This document shows, one piece after another, positions 18,038-26,583 of a stretch of DNA of 64,000 nt (the stretch's first letter is position 1; each line of letters opens with the position of its first letter). The position numbers were made by a program, and so were the translations under genes. The stretch covers positions 55,178-119,177 of the forward strand of contig CANFCK010000014.1 of assembly GCA_947445035.1 (NCBI GenBank). The letters are read 5' to 3'. A model generated the notes under the pieces. It was not told the DNA's origin. It was given only the letters and a program-made list of their open reading frames with translations, and made no database searches. The stretch is from Deltaproteobacteria bacterium (GTDB lineage: Bacteria > Myxococcota_A > UBA796 > SXON01).

Positions 18038-19363
18038 ATGCGCCTCCGTCTGCTGGTCGCCTGCACGCTGTTCGCCTTTGGCTGTGTCGAGAACAACCTG
18101 AACGTTGCCTCCACCACGGTGGCGGTGAACCCCGGGCTTCTGGACCTCGGCACCGCGGCCCCGGGCAGCTCGGTCTCGGGAACCCGCTCGATCAGCAGCG
18201 TCGGGCTCGGGGCGCTGACGGTTGCGTCGCTGACGGTCGCTGGCAACGACGCCGACGCCTTCGTCGTCGATGGCGACTTCGGCGGCACGCTGCTCGCCAA
18301 AGGCGATTCGCTGGAGGTGCCGATCCCGTTTGCGCCGACCAGCGAAGGCGCCTGGGAGGCCGATCTTACCGTGCAGACCGATGCCAACAGCGGCGTCGCG
18401 GCGGTCGAGGTCCACCTTCGCGGGTTCGGGGCGTCGCCAAGGCTGGTCATCTCGCCGAACGCCGTGGACTTCGGCCACGTCGATCCCGGTCCCGACGTTT
18501 TCCAGACGGTGGTATTGCAGTGTGTCAGCGCGGTGGGCGCGACCCTGCTCACCGCAGAGCTGAGCGGCGACCTCGAGTTCTACCTCGTCCCCGTCACGAC
18601 GCCGGCGTTGATCACCAGCGCCACGACCTTGGAGCTAAGCGTCTCCTTCGGTCCCACCGACACCGCCGCGCGGGAGGGCGTGCTCACCCTGACCACGGAC
18701 GACCCCCAAACAGCCAGAGTCCTGATTCCCGTGACGGCAAACGTCTGCCTCGGGGACGCGGCGCTGGACCTGGACAGCGACGGCTATTCCGGGTGCGCGG
18801 GAGACTGCGATGATGCCGATGCCAGAGCGGTTCCGGGAGGGGACGAGCGCATCGACGGCACCGACAACGACTGCGATGGCCTCGTCGACGAGGGTACGGA
18901 CGCCTACGATGACGACGGCTTCACCGAGCGGGGCGGGGACTGCGACGACACCACCGCCAGCACCTCTCCCGGTGCGCCCGAGATTCCCGACGGCCTCGAC
19001 AACGACTGCGACGGGGATGGGTACGACGAAGCCGCCGGCGATTGCGACGCCGCCGACGCCGCCATCAATCCGGGCGCCACCGAGACGCCTTACGACGGCA
19101 TCGACCAGGATTGCTCCGGGGCCGACCTCACCGATGCCGACGGCGACGGCGTCTCCCCCGACGATGGCGACTGTGATGACGGCGGAGGGGCCGCAAATCG
19201 AGATGGAGGACGGTCCCTTCGCGTACTCGGACTGGGCGCGCGGCGCGGCGCGGGTTGCGGGGCTGCTGAGCGATTGGCGCGGCGCGGGTGGTCACTCAGC
19301 CAGAAGGCGGCAGGACCGCATCGCGCCGCGCCTTCGGCCGCGTGCGCTGCCGGTTCGCATTAG
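18038..19363 (+). CDS. Secreted lipoprotein with an N-terminal beta-rich domain and C-terminal MopE-type putative metal-binding motifs. The 3' ~60 codons are doubtful.
   Basis: MRLRLLVACTLFAFGC provides a lipobox. Repeated 'DxDxDGYSGCAGDCDDADARAVPGGDERIDGTDNDCDG' and 'GDCDDTTASTSPGAPEIPDGLDNDCDG' match the PF11617-like pattern. The tail after ~19190 becomes Arg/Gly-rich and overlaps the next gene, so the true stop may be earlier or a frame change may be present. Confidence 0.6.
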   Translation: MRLRLLVACTLFAFGCVENNLNVASTTVAVNPGLLDLGTAAPGSSVSGTRSISSVGLGALTVASLTVAGNDADAFVVDGDFGGTLLAKGDSLEVPIPFAPTSEGAWEADLTVQTDANSGVAAVEVHLRGFGASPRLVISPNAVDFGHVDPGPDVFQTVVLQCVSAVGATLLTAELSGDLEFYLVPVTTPALITSATTLELSVSFGPTDTAAREGVLTLTTDDPQTARVLIPVTANVCLGDAALDLDSDGYSGCAGDCDDADARAVPGGDERIDGTDNDCDGLVDEGTDAYDDDGFTERGGDCDDTTASTSPGAPEIPDGLDNDCDGDGYDEAAGDCDAADAAINPGATETPYDGIDQDCSGADLTDADGDGVSPDDGDCDDGGGAANRDGGRSLRVLGLGARRGAGCGAAERLARRGWSLSQKAAGPHRAAPSAACAAGSH

Positions 19364-20190
19364 GTCGGCGTGTGCTCCTCGTCGCGGCTCTTGCCTGCTC
19401 CCACCCGGACGTTGTCGTACCCGCAGAAAGCGCGATGCGGTGGGCGTCGAAGGTGCGGTGGCCTGACGCGGCGGCGACGGGGCTTTTCCTCGCCGGAGAG
19501 GTGCCGCAGCAGTTCCTGGTGGGCGCTGAGGGGCAGGTTCGGTCGGGTCCGTTCTTGCGGCTGGAGGCTCCCGTCGATGGCTACGGGCGGGGCTGGGTGG
19601 ACGAGGGGCACTTCCAACTGCTCAAGGCCGATGGCAGCATCCTCGTCGCGCAGCCGTTGTCCGCAATCGAGCCCTTCGACGCGGCGGAGCGGGCGTTTGC
19701 AGCCACCAGCGAGTCCAACTGGGGTTTGATGACCCGGCCCGGCGGGTGGCTGGTCATGTCGCTGTGGAAGGCGCACGGCCACGCGCGGATCGGTCAGACC
19801 GAGCTGTACGCCTTCTCAAATGGGGGAATGCCGTTGGTGGTGGATGCTTCCGGTGCCTCGGTGGACGTGGAAGCCCTGGTGATCGCGGCGTGTGGGCCCC
19901 GTGCCAAGGCGGTTTTGCCGGAGGCCTGCGCGTCGATCGAGGCGTGGGCTGGCGCTCCGCGCGGCGAGGCGAATCTGGCGGGTGCGGACGGCCCGGTGCG
20001 GCTGCGTTGGTTCTGCGGCGGCCCGGTCGAGACGCAAGCGGGGCCGGCGTCGATTTGGACACTACCCGGCCACTCTCAGGCCGATGCCAGCGCGCTTTCA
20101 GGGCGGTGCGGTGCCGCGGGGGGCGACACGCGTGTGCGCCTGGTGGAGGGCGGCGCGGAGCTGCGGATTGGGTTGAGCGTCGAGCGCTGA
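19342..20190 (+). CDS. Hypothetical secreted or lipo-protein
   Basis: A GTG at 19342 gives MRCRFALGRRVLLVAALACSHP, a signal-like sequence. Downstream the sequence is protein-like (GWVDEGHFQLLKADGSILVAQPL...). There is no recognisable domain. Confidence 0.4.
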   Translation: MRCRFALGRRVLLVAALACSHPDVVVPAESAMRWASKVRWPDAAATGLFLAGEVPQQFLVGAEGQVRSGPFLRLEAPVDGYGRGWVDEGHFQLLKADGSILVAQPLSAIEPFDAAERAFAATSESNWGLMTRPGGWLVMSLWKAHGHARIGQTELYAFSNGGMPLVVDASGASVDVEALVIAACGPRAKAVLPEACASIEAWAGAPRGEANLAGADGPVRLRWFCGGPVETQAGPASIWTLPGHSQADASALSGRCGAAGGDTRVRLVEGGAELRIGLSVER

Positions 20191-20271
20191 GGCGATCGCC
20201 TACAGGCGCCGCGGGACGCCGCGTCGATACCTGACGCCAGCGGCCAGCGATTGCGGCCCGCCCTTACGGAG

Positions 20272-21008
20272 TCAGTACGTCTCGAGCGCTTCGGCCGGGG
20301 GCTGGTTGGCCAGGACCACAGCGTCCCACTGCGCCAGGATCCGCGCGCGGAGCACCATCGAGAGAGCGGCAGCGTGAACAGCGCGCCGACGTAGCAGAGG
20401 ATGATGCCGAGGCCGCCGATGAGCCCGCAGAGGAAGAGCCCCAACCAGGTCATCAAGAAGGCGCCCGGCGAACGCTTGATCGCGCCGAGGCTGGCGCCGG
20501 GGCTGAACATCGGGAAGTTCTCGCCGCTGAAGATGCGCCGGGTCACGTCGATGCTGAGCACGCCCATGACCAGGCTGCTGAGGATGATCCAGCCGTAGCC
20601 GAAGATCGCCCCGACCATGCCGAGCAGAATCCCCATGCCGCCGGCGGCGCCGGGGTCGTCGCTGCCGGCTGCTCCGGCCGCCGCGCCGAGCACGACCGCC
20701 CCACCGATGCAGCCGCCCCCGATGGCGACGTTCAGCAGTGCGTACGGGAGGAAGTTGCCGAGGGTCTTGAGCCAGTCGAAGAAGCCGGTGCCGATGTCGG
20801 CGCCGAGCTGGGGCTCGGGGAGGCCCTTGTTTCCGGCCTTTGCGTGTTCGAACGCGCGGTGGAAATAGCCCCCGGCCTGGAAGGGGCCGACGAACGGGAT
20901 GAGCATGCACGCGCCGACGATAGCGACCTTCTTCACCCAGTCCGGGTCCTCCGAAAAGACGGCGAAGGCGTCGCCGATGTTCACGGAAGGACTGTTTTCT
21001 GCGGACAT
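20272..21008 (-). CDS. DUF4013-like polytopic membrane protein with an apparent frame change at a (CT)3 tract near 20330. The in-sequence frame runs to 20076 with a junk-like tail.
   Basis: The start at 21008 gives MSAENSPSVNIGDAFAVFSEDPDWVKKVAIVGACMLIPFVGPFQAGGYF... After 'GALFTLPLS' the contiguous frame gives an R/S/P-rich tail that is antisense into the neighbouring gene. The +2 frame instead gives a protein-like end 'MVLRARILAQWDAVVLANQPPAEALETY*' stopping at 20272. Confidence 0.55.
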
Positions 21009-21058
21009 GGATGCTCCTGGAAGGCGGCTGCTATCCCAACCGTGCGCTATCTGGTACG

Positions 21059-21539
21059 GATGAAGCGCTTCGTCGTCGTGGTCGGTGCCTCGCTTCTCGG
21101 TTGCGCGCCGGCCAAGCTGCCGAGTGTGAACCCGCCGCCACCCGAGCCCGTCGTGACGCCGCCCGAGCTGGTGCCGACGCCGCCCCTTCCGGTCATGACG
21201 GACGGTGGGCACGACGGTATCGCCGAGCTGGTGGCCACCCCAAACCCGCGGCGGCCGCTCCCGACATGGGACTCCGTGAGCTCCGGCCATCCCACCGGCG
21301 CCACCAATCCGCCCTACCCGGTGCTGATCTACGCCACCGAGCCGCAGGAGTGTTTCAAGGCTTGGCGCGGGGGAATGATGCCACCCGCCCCCGACGAGCG
21401 CAAGGCCGGAGGGTTCGTGGTCAAGACGCGCGTTGAGGCGCTGGAGATCGTCCGCGGTGGCGTGCAAGTGGCCTGTCCGGAAGGCGAGCCGGCGCGATTG
21501 TTGGCCGCGTGGGCGCAGAAGGACGCGCCGCCGAAGTGA
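21059..21539 (+). CDS. Hypothetical lipoprotein
   Basis: MKRFVVVVGASLLGCAP provides a lipobox, followed by a Pro-rich linker. The stop overlaps the next gene's GTG (GTGA). Confidence 0.55.
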
Positions 21540-22177
21540 CCGGGCGGGTTCGCCAGGAATGGTCCCGTCGGGTGGCGGCGGAGTACGGAAGCGCTGGGAT
21601 CACCGCGCAGGTGCTGGCGTGGAGCGTACAAGCGGGCCTGCCACCAGGGCTCTTGTACACGGCAAACCGAATCGTGCGGGACGAGCTCGATCACGCGCGC
21701 CTGTCGCACGAGGTGCTCGTGGCTTTGGGCGGCGCCGAAGAGCCGGTGGTGTTGGCGGCTGAGGACTTGTCGGTAGGCGGCACCCTGGTCGATGTGGTGG
21801 TGCGCAATTTCTGCTTGGGCGAAAGCTTCGCGGTTCCCACGTTCGAACGGATGCGCCGTCGTGCCACACACCCCGCGGTGAGGCCGGTGCTCGATCGCAT
21901 CCTCGAAGACGAAGCGGTCCACCGCGCCTTCGGTTGGGATGCTCTGGACGCCCTCCTGGAATTGGCACCCACCCTCCGCGAGCACGTCACCATCGTGCTC
22001 CCAGGGCACGTCGCCAGCTTCGACGGGTACGCGAATCCGCGGGCGGCCCCGCCGCTGACCGACGAAGAACGCGGCTGTGGGCTCCTCGACCACGCCGAGT
22101 ACGCGGAGCTGTTCCAGTCGACCTGGACCGGCGACATCGCGCCTCGCTTTGTGCGCCGCGGGATTCCCATCGGATAA
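21536..22177 (+). CDS. Ferritin-like-domain protein
   Basis: The GTG at 21536 is coupled to the upstream lipoprotein. Helical pairs with E/H residues are present (DELDHARLSHEVL...ESFAVPTFERM...EDEAVHRAFGWD), typical of the ferritin-like superfamily. Confidence 0.55.
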   Translation: MTGRVRQEWSRRVAAEYGSAGITAQVLAWSVQAGLPPGLLYTANRIVRDELDHARLSHEVLVALGGAEEPVVLAAEDLSVGGTLVDVVVRNFCLGESFAVPTFERMRRRATHPAVRPVLDRILEDEAVHRAFGWDALDALLELAPTLREHVTIVLPGHVASFDGYANPRAAPPLTDEERGCGLLDHAEYAELFQSTWTGDIAPRFVRRGIPIG

Positions 22178-22197
22178 GTACTCGCGGGAGCTACCCG

Positions 22198-22842
22198 ATG
22201 CGGCACTTCGCCCTGTTCATGCTCGTTTCGATCGGCTGTGACACCGCCGGCACTGACTCCGGGGACGCTGCGGGCGATGACGACCCCTACGCCATCCCCA
22301 CGGACTACCTGGACCAATGGGACGTGGAGTCGCGCGGGTGCGAGGGGGCTCTCGGCTATTGGGCCTTCGACGGCGACTTCACCGACGCTGGCAAGCTCAG
22401 CGGTACCGAGCGCTGGTTCTGGTTCTTTCCGGAAGACGACCCGTCGGCCGATTGTGTCGACACCTTCTCGCTGGACGGCGAGGTGGCCGCCACGCCCGTC
22501 GACGACGATCCCTGCTTGTCTTGCGACCGGGACGTGACCGCCGACTACGAGCTGATCGAGAAGACCTGCAACTGGGACGGCTACGAGAGCCTGCTCGACA
22601 ACAACGACGAAAACGACTCCGTCGACGACGAAACGTACAAGCTGGCGCTGATGTTCGACCTCGATCGGTACGACGGCATCGAGGTGGACGTGTGGAACTT
22701 CGTCCGGGATCCAGAGGCCAGGGACAACTACCTCGAGCGCGACAACGTCAAGGGCGTCTGGGGCGGGGCCGACAAGGACGCCGCCGGGCACATCAGCTGG
22801 GCCAACGAAGGGATGTGCGTCGAGGTCATCACCGAAGAGTAG
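22198..22842 (+). CDS. Hypothetical acidic lipoprotein
   Basis: MRHFALFMLVSIGCDTAG provides a lipobox. The protein is Asp-rich and Cys-containing and matches no recognisable family. Confidence 0.55.
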   Translation: MRHFALFMLVSIGCDTAGTDSGDAAGDDDPYAIPTDYLDQWDVESRGCEGALGYWAFDGDFTDAGKLSGTERWFWFFPEDDPSADCVDTFSLDGEVAATPVDDDPCLSCDRDVTADYELIEKTCNWDGYESLLDNNDENDSVDDETYKLALMFDLDRYDGIEVDVWNFVRDPEARDNYLERDNVKGVWGGADKDAAGHISWANEGMCVEVITEE

Positions 22843-22849
22843 CGGGCCG

Positions 22850-23935
22850 CTACATCGACACCACTTCGGCATGCAGCCCGCCCGCGCGGCGCATGCTCTG
22901 AAGGATGACGATCAGGTCGCGCGGGGTGACGCCCATCGCGTTGAGGGCGCTGACGACGTCACCGACGGTGGTTCCCTTGACGAGGATTAGCTTGCCAGCG
23001 TCTTCGCGGACGCGCACCTCGGTGTTGGTGACCGTGGTCGTCTCTCCCGCTGCGAGCATGCCGGGCTGGCTGACCTGGGTCTGTCGCGACACATCGATGG
23101 TGAGGCCCCCGTGGGCGATGGCGACCGGGGACAGGGGGATGTCCGCCCCCATCACCACGGTGCCGGTCCGCTCGTTGACGACCACGCGCAGCACGTGGTC
23201 GAGCTGGACCTCCAACGCCTCTACCGTGGCGATGAATTCGGCCTGACGGCCCAGGTAGTCGTCGGGGACATGCACCATGACGGTGCCGTTGTTCAGCGCG
23301 CGAGCCGTTTCCGGTCCCAGGAGCGCGTTGACTACCGTGGCCACCCGAGCGGAGTTGGTGAAGTCGGGGTCGTGGAGGATCCACTCGAACTGGACCTGCT
23401 CGGTCACCCGAAGACGGTTGGGGATCTCCCGACTGACGCTGGCGCCGCCGGGGATCACGCCTACCGTGGGGTGGTTCCGGGTTGTCTCGTTGCCACCTCC
23501 GGAAACCGAGTAGCCGCCGACGGTGAGCGGGCCCTCGGCGATGGCGTAAACCTGATTTCCGGCGTGCAGCTCCGTCAGGAGTAGGACACCGCCCTCCAAG
23601 GACTTTGCGTCTGCCACCGACATCACGGTGACGTCGAGCTTGCTGCCGGACCGAGCGCCCGCCGGGAGGGTGGCGGAGATCATCACCATCGCCACGTTGC
23701 GCGACTTGATCGCGTCGTCTTGCAGCGAAATCCCCAACGGTGGGAGGCGCGCCTCCAGGGCCCTGATGGTACCGATGTTCTGGGAGCTGTCCCCGCTCTT
23801 GTTGAGGCCGACGACCAGGCCGTAGCCGACCAGCGGGTCGTCATGGATGCCGTAGATACTGGCGAAGTCTTTGAGCCGCGCGGCCTCGGCCGGGGACGAA
23901 AGGACGAGGAGCAGACATCCGAGCAGCGGCGCCAT
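22850..23935 (-). CDS. flgI: Flagellar P-ring protein FlgI, orphaned away from flgH/flgA
   Basis: 361 aa. A signal peptide is followed by 'ARLKDFASIYGIHDDPLVGYGLVVGLNKSGD', the conserved FlgI N-terminus, with the FlgI signature running through to the C-terminus. Confidence 0.9.
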   Translation of the reverse strand: MAPLLGCLLLVLSSPAEAARLKDFASIYGIHDDPLVGYGLVVGLNKSGDSSQNIGTIRALEARLPPLGISLQDDAIKSRNVAMVMISATLPAGARSGSKLDVTVMSVADAKSLEGGVLLLTELHAGNQVYAIAEGPLTVGGYSVSGGGNETTRNHPTVGVIPGGASVSREIPNRLRVTEQVQFEWILHDPDFTNSARVATVVNALLGPETARALNNGTVMVHVPDDYLGRQAEFIATVEALEVQLDHVLRVVVNERTGTVVMGADIPLSPVAIAHGGLTIDVSRQTQVSQPGMLAAGETTTVTNTEVRVREDAGKLILVKGTTVGDVVSALNAMGVTPRDLIVILQSMRRAGGLHAEVVSM

Positions 23936-24001
23936 GACCCCCTATCGGTCGGGGTCGCGGCGAATTGAGCGTTAGCTTCCGAGAACTCAAACGGTGACCT
24001 G

Positions 24002-24763
24002 ATGTCTCTCTCTCGTCGTGATCTGGTGGGCTCCTTCGCGGCTGTAGCTGCCGCCACGCTGGCGGGCACGGCCCACGCGGGCGACAAGAAGCAGGGCACC
24101 AGCCCGCTTCCCGCTTCTGGCACCCCGGCTGCGGCTCCGGCTGCGGCTGCGGCGCCTGCCAGTGGACCCTTCGTGCTGCCGGCGCTCCCATACGCGGACA
24201 CCGACCTCGCTCCTGCAATCTCCCAGAACACCCTCGCCTTCCACTACGGCAAACACCACCAGGGCTACCTCAACAAGCTCAACGAGCTGGTCGCAGGCAA
24301 GGAGTGGGCGGACAAGTCACTGGAAGCGGTGATGAAGGGCACCTACGGCACCGACAAGCTGCCGCTCTACAACAACAGCGCGCAGGTGTGGAACCACACC
24401 TTCTACTGGCAGAGCATGAAGAAGGGCGGCGGCGGTGCGCCGGGTCCAGGCAAGCTCTCCGACGCGATCAAGGCGAGTTTTGGCGACGGCGACGGCTTGA
24501 AGAAGGAGCTGACCCAGGCCGCGGTCAGCAACTTCGGCTCGGGCTGGGCGTGGTTGGTGCAAGACGCCGAGGGCAAGCTCAAGGTGCTCAAGACCTCGAA
24601 CGCCGACAACCCGGTCGTGATGGCGACCGGGCGGCCGCTCCTGACCATCGACGTGTGGGAGCACGCCTACTACCTGGACTATCAGAACAAACGCGCCGAG
24701 TACGTGGCGGCGTGGTTGGACAAGCTGGTGAACTGGAGCTGGGCCGAATCGCAGATGGCGTAG
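24002..24763 (+). CDS. Fe/Mn superoxide dismutase with a twin-arginine (Tat) signal peptide, which suggests a periplasmic location
   Basis: MSLSRRDLVGSFAAVAAATLAGTAHAG carries the SRRxLV Tat motif. The catalytic signatures are present (FHYGKHHQGY...WNHTFYW...DVWEHAYYLDYQNKR). Confidence 0.9.
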   Translation: MSLSRRDLVGSFAAVAAATLAGTAHAGDKKQGTSPLPASGTPAAAPAAAAAPASGPFVLPALPYADTDLAPAISQNTLAFHYGKHHQGYLNKLNELVAGKEWADKSLEAVMKGTYGTDKLPLYNNSAQVWNHTFYWQSMKKGGGGAPGPGKLSDAIKASFGDGDGLKKELTQAAVSNFGSGWAWLVQDAEGKLKVLKTSNADNPVVMATGRPLLTIDVWEHAYYLDYQNKRAEYVAAWLDKLVNWSWAESQMA

Positions 24764-24774
24764 GCGGTCTGTCG

Positions 24775-25236
24775 CTACTGCCCTGAGCCGTCCCCGTCAT
24801 CGGTAGGGCAGCCCGTCTGGTCGAACTGATCGGCCACGAACTCCCCGAAGTAGCACGCCATGATGCCGCCCTCGTCGTCGTAAACCCGCCAGCCCGCGTA
24901 GGGGCCGTCGTCGCACGAGAGCGTGGTATTGCCGGCGTTGGCCTCCGAGGCCTCGGTGTCGAGCTCGGCGTCGTACAGGTGGATGGTCTTGGTGTCCTTG
25001 TCGAGCCCGCCGTAGGGCACGGTGTGGAACTCCACCGGATCGGGGCTGGCCTTGACCTCGGCGATGACCTCGGGGACCTGCTCCGAGAAGCCAATCTGGA
25101 GGTGGAGCACGCCATCGACGCACTCGTTGAGCGGCGTGCCCACGATCTCGATGACGGTGTCGGAGGTGAAGGGGACGTCCTCTTCGGCAGAGTCGGACTC
25201 GGGGGTGCAGGCGAGGGTGAAGAGGAGGAGCATCTG
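24775..25236 (-). CDS. Small hypothetical lipoprotein
   Basis: An internal start gives MLLLFTLACTPESD, a lipobox. The protein is acidic and Cys-containing. The ORF-track N-terminal extension is Arg/Cys junk. Confidence 0.45.
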   Translation of the reverse strand, partial: QMLLLFTLACTPESDSAEEDVPFTSDTVIEIVGTPLNECVDGVLHLQIGFSEQVPEVIAEVKASPDPVEFHTVPYGGLDKDTKTIHLYDAELDTEASEANAGNTTLSCDDGPYAGWRVYDDEGGIMACYFGEFVADQFDQTGCPTDDGDGSGQ

Positions 25237-25324
25237 ACGCGATAACTCGATGCCCCTCGACCGCGGTAGCGGCTTCCGCCGCGGCGGCCGCCGGCGAACT
25301 CCCGGTCTGCCCGCTACGCCTCCG

Positions 25325-26569
25325 CTACCTGGGCGGCCCAGGCTCGACCGGCTCGACCGGCTCGACCGGCACCACCGGCACCACCGGCAGCTCCGCCGGT
25401 CCAAACACGACCTCCCTCATCTGCGAGTAGCGGCTCTCCGCGTGCTGCTTGTCGATCCAGCCCATCAGCGCGGCGCTGTGGTAGCCGATGCGCACCTGGG
25501 AGAGGCTGCGCACCTCGGCCTCGGTGGTGGGCGTCAACGGGCGATCGACCGCCATGAGCTCGGCGTAGCGCTGCGGCAAGAGCGGCTTGCGGTTGGGCTC
25601 GACCAGACCGTAGGGCAGTAGGGCCAAGGACGTCTCAGGATCGTAGAGGTCCTCGGCGCCGAGAACATGCCCGAGCTCATGGGCCACGGTCTCTTGGGCA
25701 TAGGCGGCGTTGTTGTCGTCGAGAGATACGAACGAAACCGCGATACGACCGGTGCTCGAGCCCCGGCTGTCGGACGCCAGGCTCCCCGCGTCGTGACCGT
25801 ACACCAGGTAGACGCGAACGCCCCAGTCGTCGGGCTCGGCGCCGTTGTCCCGCGCGAGTCCGTGCCAGAAGTCGGCATAGCGCCATGCACGCCACGCCGC
25901 TGTCACCCGGTTGATATCGGGGTCGTCGAGCACCGGCGGGTCAACCGTGCCAACCCACGGACCGAAGGTGGTGACGCGGATGGGCACCGCCGTACTGCCG
26001 GTGAACCGCGCGTACTCCTGTTCGTACCAGTCCTGCACTCGCCGGAGCGCCCACGGGCTGCCGACGTCGTTGAGCAGGCCGATCATCGGATGGTTTGCGT
26101 CTTCGGCCTGCACGAACTGGAACACCGCCACGCTGATGCCCTCGGTCACGTCGAGGTGCTCACGCTCGTCGCGGTTGTGCTGCACGACCTCGTAGAGAAA
26201 GACGGTGAACAGGAAGATCGCGAAGAGTTGCCGGACACGCCTATTCCGCTGGAGTGTCTTGCGCTTTTCCGTGCACGACACGCAAAAGCGTCCGCCCCCC
26301 GCGTCCAGTCGGCACTGCGCGCAGATGCCCATGCCGCAGTCGGAGCAGGTGCGCCCGAGCAGCTGGGGCGGGTGTTTCGGACAGGTCGCCGGCGAGCCGT
26401 CCAGGTCCTCGATGATGGCGATGAGGGCGCCCGTGTCGCGCATGCGGGCCGCGAGGGCCTCGGCCTGGGGGGCGTCCGCGGTGATGAGCACCGGAACTGG
26501 AAAGAGCGCCGAGCCGGACACGGCAGCGTCGCCCGGCTGGCCGTCGGGCGGTGGGCGAATGACGACCAC
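25325..26569 (-). CDS. Membrane-anchored putative zinc metallopeptidase (HExxH) with an N-terminal cytoplasmic double zinc-ribbon
   Basis: The N-terminus carries CPKHP...CSDCGMGICAQC...FCVSC. It is followed by a TM helix (LFAIFLFTVFLY), then 'AQETVAHELGHVLGAEDLYD'. The C-terminal PVVPVVPVEPVEPVEP comes from 9-bp DNA repeats at 25341-25385. Confidence 0.55.
   Translation of the reverse strand: MVVIRPPPDGQPGDAAVSGSALFPVPVLITADAPQAEALAARMRDTGALIAIIEDLDGSPATCPKHPPQLLGRTCSDCGMGICAQCRLDAGGGRFCVSCTEKRKTLQRNRRVRQLFAIFLFTVFLYEVVQHNRDEREHLDVTEGISVAVFQFVQAEDANHPMIGLLNDVGSPWALRRVQDWYEQEYARFTGSTAVPIRVTTFGPWVGTVDPPVLDDPDINRVTAAWRAWRYADFWHGLARDNGAEPDDWGVRVYLVYGHDAGSLASDSRGSSTGRIAVSFVSLDDNNAAYAQETVAHELGHVLGAEDLYDPETSLALLPYGLVEPNRKPLLPQRYAELMAVDRPLTPTTEAEVRSLSQVRIGYHSAALMGWIDKQHAESRYSQMREVVFGPAELPVVPVVPVEPVEPVEPGPPR
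25341..25385. repeat. 9-bp tandem repeats, (GGCTCGACC)3(GGCACCACC)2, encoding the C-terminal PVVPVVPVEPVEPVEP of the metallopeptidase-like gene
   Basis: Read directly: ggctcgaccggctcgaccggctcgaccggcaccaccggcaccacc. Confidence 0.9.
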
Positions 26570-26583
26570 CTGCCAGCGGCGGT

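Noticed and set aside
17887-18552. A 221-aa minus-strand ORF overlapping the start of the MopE lipoprotein
   Set aside because: It is S/T/P-rich low-complexity sequence antisense to the signal peptide and domain of the 18038 gene.
21329-22872. Minus-strand ORFs (21329-22093, 21691-22872) across the lipoprotein and ferritin-like genes
   Set aside because: They are antisense. The plus-strand genes have signal peptides, overlapping coupled start/stop codons and domain motifs.
23936-24001. Possibility of a flagellar class-III or sigma-28 promoter for flgI in the flgI-sod divergent region
   Set aside because: A 66-bp intergenic is suggestive, but no convincing -35/-10 or TAAA-N15-GCCGATAA-like consensus could be read with confidence.
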